From positions 78,638 through 142,637 of the forward strand of contig CAYVLY010000001.1 in the NCBI GenBank assembly GCA_964452565.1: a stretch of 64,000 bases of DNA. Direction: 5' to 3'. Numbering within the stretch: position 1 is the stretch's first letter; each line of letters begins with the position of its first letter. The notes beneath the pieces were generated by a model, which was not told the origin of the DNA, did no database searches, and was given only the letters and a program-made list of their open reading frames with translations. The DNA comes from an uncultured Gammaproteobacteria bacterium. Its GTDB lineage: Bacteria; Patescibacteriota; Patescibacteriia; UBA9934. The position numbers were made by a program, and so were the translations under genes. Below are positions 57,121 to 64,000 of the stretch, piece after piece.

Positions 57121-58545
57121 ATGGAATATAGAACAGCAACTGACATTCGAAAGGCTATTGAAGACAAGAAGATTACAGCAGTTGAAGTGCTTGAGTATTA
57201 TCTTTCGATCATATCAAAAGAAGATGAAGAGATTGGAGCATTTCTTGAGGTGTTTGAAAAGTATGCAAAAAAGCAAGCCAAGAAGATAGACAAGATGGTC
57301 GCGGAGGGCAAATCACTTCCACGTCTAGCTGGAGTTCCTATCGCGATCAAAGACAATATGCTCTATAAGGGGCACGTAGCCTCGGCAGGATCAAAGATGC
57401 TTGAGAAGCATGTGTCGACTTACAGCGCGACTGCTGTGGATCGGTTGATAAAAGCAGGTGCAGTTATTGTTGGTCGAACAAACATGGATGAGTTTGCAAT
57501 GGGAACTTCAACTGAAACAAGTTTTTGGAAATTAACAAAGAACCCATCAGACACCTCAAAGGTTCCAGGGGGCTCATCCGGAGGTTCGGCAGCAGCAGTT
57601 GCAGCTGGAATGGTTCCAGTTGCACTAGGGTCAGACACTGGTGGGTCAATACGCCAACCATCGGCAATGTGTGGTGTTGTTGGTATGAAGCCAACATATG
57701 GACGTGTTTCTCGATACGGACTTATAGCGTTTGCTTCAAGCTTTGACCAAATTGGACCGATTGCAACTACTGCAGATGATGCCGCGCTTATTCTTGAAGT
57801 GATCGAGGGGCCAGATAAACATGATGCGACTACCTTTGAGTTGCAAGAGACCACGGCGTCCGAGCTCATCGAAAAGAGCTTCAAGGGTATGACATTTGGT
57901 GTTCCAAAAGAATACTTTCTTGATGAGATGGATCCGCGCATGACTAAAGTCATCAGAGATTCGATCAACAAGATCGAAGAAGCTGGCGGTGAGATTAAAG
58001 AAGTAAGTCTGCCATTGACTGAATTCGCACTTCCAACTTATTACATAATCCAACCTGCGGAAGCTAGCTCTAACCTTGGGCGATTTGATGGTATGCGTTA
58101 TGGAACACGCGCACAGTCAGATAGTTTGAATGAAAGCTACTTAATGGCGCGTGGAACCGGCTTTGGAAAAGAGGTTAAGCGTAGAATCATGATTGGAACC
58201 TACGTATTATCAGCAGGTTATTACGACGCATACTACAAAAAAGCGCTTCAGGTACGTCAGATGATTACAAAGGACTTTGAGAGAGTGTTTGAGGATGTTG
58301 ATGTAATTGTCTGTCCGACATCACCAGGAGTCGCTTGGGGACTTGGGGATAAGTTTGATGATCCAATAGCAATGTATCTTGCTGATATATTTACTGTTTC
58401 AGCTAACATTGCAGGAATCCCAGGGATTTCAATTCCTTGTGGAGAGGTTGACGGACTCCCAGTTGGATTACAGTTTTTGGCAGGTCCACAACATGATGGT
58501 AAAATTTTGCGTGCAGCAGCAGCCTATCAGGCGCTGATAAAATAA
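57121..58545 (+). CDS. gatA: Glutamyl-tRNA(Gln) amidotransferase subunit A
   Basis: Amidase signature GGSSGGSAAAVAAG, Ser-cisSer-Lys triad. Confidence 0.9.
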   Translation: MEYRTATDIRKAIEDKKITAVEVLEYYLSIISKEDEEIGAFLEVFEKYAKKQAKKIDKMVAEGKSLPRLAGVPIAIKDNMLYKGHVASAGSKMLEKHVSTYSATAVDRLIKAGAVIVGRTNMDEFAMGTSTETSFWKLTKNPSDTSKVPGGSSGGSAAAVAAGMVPVALGSDTGGSIRQPSAMCGVVGMKPTYGRVSRYGLIAFASSFDQIGPIATTADDAALILEVIEGPDKHDATTFELQETTASELIEKSFKGMTFGVPKEYFLDEMDPRMTKVIRDSINKIEEAGGEIKEVSLPLTEFALPTYYIIQPAEASSNLGRFDGMRYGTRAQSDSLNESYLMARGTGFGKEVKRRIMIGTYVLSAGYYDAYYKKALQVRQMITKDFERVFEDVDVIVCPTSPGVAWGLGDKFDDPIAMYLADIFTVSANIAGIPGISIPCGEVDGLPVGLQFLAGPQHDGKILRAAAAYQALIK

Positions 58546-58559
58546 GCACATAGCAGCTT

Positions 58560-58638
58560 GTCATTCTGAGCAGAGCGAAGAATCTACTTGAGTCGGTCGA
58601 GCTCGATTAATAGACCCTTCACTGCGTTCAGGATGACA
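58560..58638. repeat. GC-rich palindromic repeat element (copy G): gtcattctgagcagagcgaag..cttcactgcgttcaggatgac
   Basis: Terminal inverted repeats; located after gatA. Confidence 0.6.
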
Positions 58639-58671
58639 AGTTAGGAGGGAAATTAACAAATAAATAAAACT

Positions 58672-59382
58672 ATGAGTGAGAAATCAAAAGGATTTTTTGA
58701 TGCAAACCCCAAGATGCTATTTATCTTTGGATTAGTTTGTGGAATTGCAGTTACATTAGTAATTGGAGGTGCATGGCCAAACCTTGATTCAGCTGGGTTA
58801 GATGGCGAAGAAGTAGTTGTGGTAGATGATGTTGGCGGCGATGCTGGAGAAGAGGAGCCTGCAGTACTTGCAGCAGTGACAGAGGATGATCACATTCGTG
58901 GAGATATTGAAACAGCAAAGGTTGTAATTGTAGAGTACTCAGATTATGAATGTTCATACTGTGCACGGCATCATCCAACGCTAGTTGAGTTAATGGATAC
59001 TTATGGGGATGATGTTGCATGGGTTTATCGACATTATCCACTATCATTCCACGCAGAAGCAGTACCAGCAGCACTTGCTGCCGAGTGTGCTTCAGAGCAG
59101 GATATGTTCTGGGAATTCACAGACGAGATGTATGATAACCAGACATCGCTTGGTGAAGACCTTTACTTCGAGGTGGCCGAGACATTGGGGCTTGATATCG
59201 ATGAGTTCACCACTTGTTATGAGGAAGAGCGTTACGTCGATGACATACAAGCAGATATGGAGAGTGGAACTGCAGCAGGTGTTGCAGGAACCCCAGGTAA
59301 CTTCGTTAACGGAGTTGCAGTATCAGGTGCGCAACCAGCATCAGTATTTGAAGGTTTGATTGATCAGATCTTGGCTGAGTAA
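58672..59382 (+). CDS. Membrane-anchored DsbA-like thiol:disulfide oxidoreductase
   Basis: N-terminal TM, thioredoxin fold with CSYC active site. Confidence 0.75.
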   Translation: MSEKSKGFFDANPKMLFIFGLVCGIAVTLVIGGAWPNLDSAGLDGEEVVVVDDVGGDAGEEEPAVLAAVTEDDHIRGDIETAKVVIVEYSDYECSYCARHHPTLVELMDTYGDDVAWVYRHYPLSFHAEAVPAALAAECASEQDMFWEFTDEMYDNQTSLGEDLYFEVAETLGLDIDEFTTCYEEERYVDDIQADMESGTAAGVAGTPGNFVNGVAVSGAQPASVFEGLIDQILAE

Positions 59383-59405
59383 TTAGATCGAAATTTGAAA
59401 AACCG

Positions 59406-59437
59406 TCCGCAAGGGCGGTTTTTTGTTATAATATTCT
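59406..59437 (+). terminator. Hairpin AAAAACCGTC-cgcaag-GGCGGTTTTT + TG
   Basis: Stem with A-U extension and T-run. Confidence 0.5.
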
Positions 59438-59440
59438 TGT

Positions 59441-60511
59441 ATGATTAAAGTAACAAAGTTCGTCATTCTAGTAATTGCAGCGCTGGTCATTATCTTTGGC
59501 GCTTATTTTGTATACTCACCAGAGCAGGAGGTGCCGCGGGGGACTGTGGATGAATATCTTGAAGTTACGATCTACGATGAAGAGAAGGCCTATGAGGGTA
59601 CGACTTTTCTGACTGATAGTAACTCAAAGCGTGTTGTTGAGATAAACATGTTAGGTGAAGTGCTCTGGGAGTTCAGCCCACTTGATGAATGGGATGGATT
59701 TGATCAAATGAGAATGGTTGAGGCAGAACTTCTGCCTAACGATAATATTCTTTTGCTGCTAGGGAATTACGGTCTTTATGAGATCGACCGCGAGTACAAT
59801 ATTATTTGGTCTTACGAGGATTCAAAGGCGAGTCATGATGCTGACCGTCTAGAAAATGGAAATACGCTCTATGTTTTTGGTATGGATGACACTCACAACG
59901 ATGCCCAAGTAAAGGAAGTTGATCAAGACGGAAACTTAGTCTGGGAATGGTATGCAGAGGATACATTTGGTGAGAATGAGAATCTAAGTTCTATTGAGGA
60001 AGAGGGCTGGACGCATATCAATGCAGTTCAACGGTTCGAAAATGGAAATACAATGGTCAGTTTAAGAAACTTTCAGATGACCGCGATTATCAATCCAAAT
60101 GGTGAGATCGTGAAGCAATTTAATTGGAAGTCACTAGGGTATGGAAATCTTCCAGAGCCTCATGAGCCAGTTGTATACGAGAATGAAGGCACGATTATGG
60201 TCTGTTTACAAAATGATTCAACGTATGAGGTGTTGGAAGTGGATCTTGAAACAGGTGAGGAGGTTTGGAGCTATGATCATCCAACGCTTAGAACCGCGAG
60301 AGACTGTGACTTGCTACCGAATGGGAATGTTCTAATAACAGCTGTAAATATGATCGAAGATACCCAGGCGGATAATGATTACAGCAACGACATTTCAACA
60401 ATAATCGAAGTTACCCCAGATGGTGAGGTTGTTTGGCAGCTTGTGCACAGGCTGATAAAGGATGGAGTTTCACCTGGCTGGTTCTTCAAGGCCGAGAGAG
60501 TTGATTACTAG
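59441..60511 (+). CDS. Membrane-anchored beta-propeller repeat protein (arylsulfotransferase/PQQ-like repeats)
   Basis: N-terminal TM; repeated ..NGN(T/V)L..D..(L/V)VWE(W/F).. blades. Confidence 0.55.
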   Translation: MIKVTKFVILVIAALVIIFGAYFVYSPEQEVPRGTVDEYLEVTIYDEEKAYEGTTFLTDSNSKRVVEINMLGEVLWEFSPLDEWDGFDQMRMVEAELLPNDNILLLLGNYGLYEIDREYNIIWSYEDSKASHDADRLENGNTLYVFGMDDTHNDAQVKEVDQDGNLVWEWYAEDTFGENENLSSIEEEGWTHINAVQRFENGNTMVSLRNFQMTAIINPNGEIVKQFNWKSLGYGNLPEPHEPVVYENEGTIMVCLQNDSTYEVLEVDLETGEEVWSYDHPTLRTARDCDLLPNGNVLITAVNMIEDTQADNDYSNDISTIIEVTPDGEVVWQLVHRLIKDGVSPGWFFKAERVDY

Positions 60512-60536
60512 AAATAAAAAAACACCCAGCTTTTTT

Positions 60537-60642
60537 CCATCCCGAGCGAGTCCATTGGGCGAGTCGAGGGATCTCTTAGGTATCAGTTTCGTGAGATCCT
60601 TCGACTCCGTTCGCTATTACTCACTACGCTCAGGATGGACGG
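60537..60642. repeat. GC-rich palindromic repeat element (copy F): ccatcccgagcgagtcc..gctcaggatggacgg, nested in flanking aaacacccag/cgggtgttt inverted repeat
   Basis: Terminal inverted repeats plus outer complementarity suggesting insertion into a pre-existing terminator stem. Confidence 0.6.
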
Positions 60643-60657
60643 ATTCGGGTGTTTTGT

Positions 60658-60975
60658 TTAGTTTGGATTTTTAATGCAGTGGTTCACCCATCCAGTAATC
60701 CGATTTAGTTCGCGTTCGACAATCGGTGAGTCATACTCAGCATTGTGCATGTGCCCGCCCTTGTACCCGGGCTTTTTTTGATCAACATGAAGGTCAAAAG
60801 TAATTTTTTCAGGCCTACGCTTCAAATATAAATGGAAACGCGGGTAGTATCCAGAAGTTAATTTTAAAACAAAACTCTCCTTTTTGGTTCGTGGATCAAT
60901 AAAAGGTGAGTATCCCGCCTTACGAAGTACTGCAAGCGGATTAGGAACGTGTTTCGCTTCGAATGTAGCCTTCAT
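60658..60975 (-). CDS. Hypothetical protein overlapping the 3' end of udk out of frame
   Basis: ORF only; start set at the internal Met (MKATFEAK). Confidence 0.3.
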   Translation of the reverse strand: MKATFEAKHVPNPLAVLRKAGYSPFIDPRTKKESFVLKLTSGYYPRFHLYLKRRPEKITFDLHVDQKKPGYKGGHMHNAEYDSPIVERELNRITGWVNHCIKNPN

Positions 60976-61615
60976 AAGATTTTGGGTGATAAAGGTGTTC
61001 GACCTTTGATTTTTCAAACTTCGATTCTTTGGCCTGCTTAAAGTGACCATGAATAATGTTAATACATTGCTCAGCAACACCAGTTGGATTCATTTCAGCA
61101 TTTATAACATAGTCTGCATATAGCTTTGTTGGCGCTATAAACTGACGTGCTGCTGGTAGCATTATCGAATGCAGGTATTCCTCTTGTACCCATGGTTGTC
61201 TCATCTTACGGCGCTTGATTTGGCTGTCTTCAGATAAATCGAAATAAAGCTTGAGGTCGATAAGTTCCCGAAGATCTGGGTTAACTAGCGTCATGAATCC
61301 ATCAAATAGCATGACATCCGCAGGGAAGACGCACTTTTCGCCAACTTGTTTATCGTGCTTTCGAGAGTAATGTGGAACCATTGCGTGCTGACCATTCTTT
61401 AGATCTTGAGCGGCGCTAAGCATCAGATCCCACTTTAGACTATCAGGATGATCCCAGTTGATGCACCCATCGATTACAGGCACGTCTTCGATATTTTTGA
61501 AGAAATCATCTAGTTTTAATCGAGAAACATTTGAGTATCTTGATTGCAATATACGACAAAATAGCGACTTCCCAGCCCCTGATGGTCCTGCAACTGCAAT
61601 AAAATACGTTTTCAT
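60941..61615 (-). CDS. udk: Uridine kinase-like P-loop nucleoside kinase
   Basis: IAVAGPSGAGKS Walker A, NWDHPDS, VPHYSRKHDK, VMLFDGFMTL, DLKLYFDLSEDSQIKRRKMR match the Udk family. Confidence 0.8.
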   Translation of the reverse strand: MKTYFIAVAGPSGAGKSLFCRILQSRYSNVSRLKLDDFFKNIEDVPVIDGCINWDHPDSLKWDLMLSAAQDLKNGQHAMVPHYSRKHDKQVGEKCVFPADVMLFDGFMTLVNPDLRELIDLKLYFDLSEDSQIKRRKMRQPWVQEEYLHSIMLPAARQFIAPTKLYADYVINAEMNPTGVAEQCINIIHGHFKQAKESKFEKSKVEHLYHPKSYEGYIRSETRS

Positions 61616-61698
61616 ACCTTCTCCATTATACCAAAATCCAGCACCGAGTGCTGGCCCTTGGTTGAAAAAAAGTCAATAAATGCTATGATTCTGCGCGT

Positions 61699-61786
61699 GG
61701 AGAGGTGGCCGAGTGGTTTAAGGCGCACGCTTGGAAAGCGTGTAAAGTGAAAGCTTTCGCAGGTTCGAATCCTGTTCTCTCCGCCA
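61699..61786 (+). tRNA. tRNA-Ser (anticodon GGA), long variable arm, encoded CCA
   Basis: Acceptor ggagagg/tctctcc, anticodon stem cacgc/gcgtg with loop ttGGAaa, variable arm gtaaagtgaaagctttcgc, T-arm caggttcgaatcctg. Confidence 0.85.
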
Positions 61787-61878
61787 TGAAAAGCAGATGA
61801 TCTCTTGATTGTCTGTTTTTATGCTAGGCCAACTGCTATAATAATTTTAGAACGTGCGAAATCACAAAATTTTATAAT

Positions 61879-63186
61879 ATGAAATTAACCAACTTGGTAA
61901 TCGTTTCATTTATAGCAGTAGGTTTATTTAGCAGCCTGGTAGGTGGAGTTATTTATTATTATACAGCTGAGGATTTAATGGAAGAGAAAATCAATAATAG
62001 TTTGCTTGCTATTGCAGAATCAAGAGCAGAGCACATAGAAACACTCATGGAACAATTAAGAGCATCTGTAGAAATAGCTGCAACTCACAGTGAACTTACA
62101 ACTGAGGAATTACAGTATATAAGGGAGATTGAGCCTGACTTTTTCGAAATTTTTGTTATGGATGCAAATGGTGTAATAGTTACGTCTACTGACTCAGCCA
62201 AGGTAGGCCTAGACCGTTCTGATGATGAATATTTTGTAGAAGCAAGAGAGGGTACTCATTTAAAAAATTTCTACTTTTCAGAAGACACTCAAAGAAACGC
62301 GATGGCTATTTCAACACCCCATGCCGGTGGAGTATTAGTAGCAAGATTTGACCTGGCAGCATTAGAGGGAATTGCGAGAGACAGAACTGGGCTGGGTGAA
62401 ACTGGTGAGGTTCTAGTTGCAGTTAAGGAAGATGATGAATTAGTTTTTGTATTTGATAGGCTTTTTGAAGAAGATGTTGCCATTGGAGAGGAATTTTCAG
62501 AAAAAAGTGCAGAACCAATGACGCAAGCTTTGCTTGGAAACGAACTTATATTTCGGAGTGCCCTTGACTATAGAAACGTTCCAGTTATAGCTGCTTCACA
62601 ATATATCCCGATAATTGATATGGGCCTAGTAGCTAAAATAGACCACGAGGAAATAGTAGGCTCCTACAGACAATTATTAATCAAAAATTCCATTTTTATC
62701 GGGATTCTTATAGTCTTAATCTCCATTTTGATTGGAATAATTGTATTCCGTAAAAAATTGAAAGCCATAAATATTCTAGAAGAGGGAGCAAGAATTATTG
62801 GAGATGGTAATTTAGATCATCGTATTGATATTCAAAGTAAGGATGAGATAGGAAAGTTAACCAATTCATTTAATAAGATGGCAGGAAAGTTAAAGAAATC
62901 CTATGCAGGCCTAGAGCAAAGGGTAAATGAAAGAACTATGGAATTGGAGTATGCAAAAACTGGATTAGAAAAAAAGGTGCAAGAGCAGACAATCGAATTA
63001 CAAAAAAGAAACAAGGATTTACTAGCTGCAAAAACTGGATTAGAAAAAAAGGTGCAAGAGCAGACAGCTGAGATACAAAGGAAATTAGATGAAGTTGAGA
63101 GTATTAATAAAACTATGGTAGGCCGTGAACTTAAAATGGTGGAACTTAAAAAGAAAATTGATACCTTAAATAAGCAGAAAACCTAA
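61879..63186 (+). CDS. Sensor-type membrane protein: TM - Cache-like - TM - HAMP - coiled coil, with no output domain and an INKTMVGRELKM tail
   Basis: HAMP ILEEGARIIGDGNLDHRIDIQSKDEIGKLTNSFNKMAGKL; 39-bp perfect direct repeat 62953..62991 / 63028..63066. Confidence 0.6.
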   Translation: MKLTNLVIVSFIAVGLFSSLVGGVIYYYTAEDLMEEKINNSLLAIAESRAEHIETLMEQLRASVEIAATHSELTTEELQYIREIEPDFFEIFVMDANGVIVTSTDSAKVGLDRSDDEYFVEAREGTHLKNFYFSEDTQRNAMAISTPHAGGVLVARFDLAALEGIARDRTGLGETGEVLVAVKEDDELVFVFDRLFEEDVAIGEEFSEKSAEPMTQALLGNELIFRSALDYRNVPVIAASQYIPIIDMGLVAKIDHEEIVGSYRQLLIKNSIFIGILIVLISILIGIIVFRKKLKAINILEEGARIIGDGNLDHRIDIQSKDEIGKLTNSFNKMAGKLKKSYAGLEQRVNERTMELEYAKTGLEKKVQEQTIELQKRNKDLLAAKTGLEKKVQEQTAEIQRKLDEVESINKTMVGRELKMVELKKKIDTLNKQKT

Positions 63187-63212
63187 ATGATAAAGCTGCT
63201 ATAATCTCACAT

Positions 63213-64000
63213 ATGGAGGAAAAACAAACACAAGGTCAAATAAGTAACTTAAAGCTCCTTTGGCTATTTATTTTGATAATGCTATTTGGTCTAGGTCTGC
63301 CACTTCTCATAAGCCTGTGGATCATTCCATTGTATGATCCAACAGGCTTTATCTGGGATCATGTTCCTGTACATTCATTTATTGAAGCAGCTGGAAGTAG
63401 TATTGCGATATTTTTTGCTCTAATACTATTAGTTAGTCCCCGAATAGAATATAAAGGCATATTTAGGGTCATTGCCACTGCGTTCATATCAATGGGAATG
63501 CTGGATCTCTTCCACTCAATCTATGAAGCTGGTAATGAATTTGTTTGGCTACACAGTTCAGCAACGTTTGCAGGCGGCTTTCTACTGCTTTTACTATATC
63601 TACCAAATAAGCTACTAGATAGAATAGGTAGAAAGTTGTTCATAATAATGACTGCACTCACATTTCTCATTGGTTTATACGTTATCTTTGAACCATTTCC
63701 ACTGATAAGAATGCTTGATGATGCTGGCGAGTTTAATAATGTGGCTAGATTTACAAACTATTCTGCAGGTGTATTTTTCTTGCTTGTTATACCCAAGTTT
63801 TTACAACTTTATAAAAAGTACAGAGATAAGACATTTATTTATCTGGCCCTTCTAACAGCAATGTTTAGTTCGTCAGGATTTATATTCGAGAATTCTACAA
63901 TCTGGAATGTTGAGTGGTGGTGGTGGCATGTCCTACGATTTGCTGCATATATATTAGTTCTAATATATGCAATGACTCTATTACGCTATCTTGTTGGTCG
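63213..64000 (+). CDS. Polytopic membrane protein, 3'-truncated by the window end
   Basis: Open reading frame from ATG 63213 to the window edge with at least 7 hydrophobic helices. Confidence 0.4.
   Translation, partial: MEEKQTQGQISNLKLLWLFILIMLFGLGLPLLISLWIIPLYDPTGFIWDHVPVHSFIEAAGSSIAIFFALILLVSPRIEYKGIFRVIATAFISMGMLDLFHSIYEAGNEFVWLHSSATFAGGFLLLLLYLPNKLLDRIGRKLFIIMTALTFLIGLYVIFEPFPLIRMLDDAGEFNNVARFTNYSAGVFFLLVIPKFLQLYKKYRDKTFIYLALLTAMFSSSGFIFENSTIWNVEWWWWHVLRFAAYILVLIYAMTLLRYLVG

Overview
This is a 64-kb, mostly + strand, gene-dense bacterial chromosomal segment of roughly 43-47% GC. Most of it is housekeeping. It carries the SecA C-terminus, secD-secF, a hrcA-grpE-dnaK-dnaJ heat-shock operon with a perfect CIRCE operator, cysS, dnaX, mnmA, lepA, recJ, rnhA, ligA, gatC-gatA, uppP and three tRNAs (Glu-CTC, Gln-CTG, Ser-GGA). 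It also carries a MacAB-like ABC exporter followed by a 964-aa secreted multidomain protein, a pilM/receiver-like/pilin/pilD type IV pilus cluster, two sensor-kinase-type loci, and two paralogous VirD4/TraG-like coupling-ATPase loci (one split into two ORFs, one fused). The overall style (strong Shine-Dalgarno sites rare, many extended -10 promoters ending 6-13 nt before the start codon, the VirD4-like ATPases with membrane partner domains, the pilus genes) is reminiscent of Patescibacteria/CPR-type genomes, but that is only an inference. The most notable observations are: (1) SecD carries a SurA-like tandem parvulin PPIase module inserted in its periplasmic domain; (2) the low-GC backbone is interrupted by several short GC-rich islands whose genes use GC3-rich codons, suggesting horizontal acquisition, and two of these islands sit next to tRNAs; (3) a 17-bp direct repeat of the tRNA-Glu 3' end 1.35 kb downstream, plus a degenerate copy, marks a decayed integration site; (4) a dispersed family of GC-rich palindromic repeat elements occupies gene 3' ends, flanks the pilus operon, and appears in-frame inside dnaX; (5) there are duplicated hairpin-plus-promoter modules and a 31-bp palindromic operator in a divergent promoter. 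No CRISPR array, rRNA, integrase or transposase was found.
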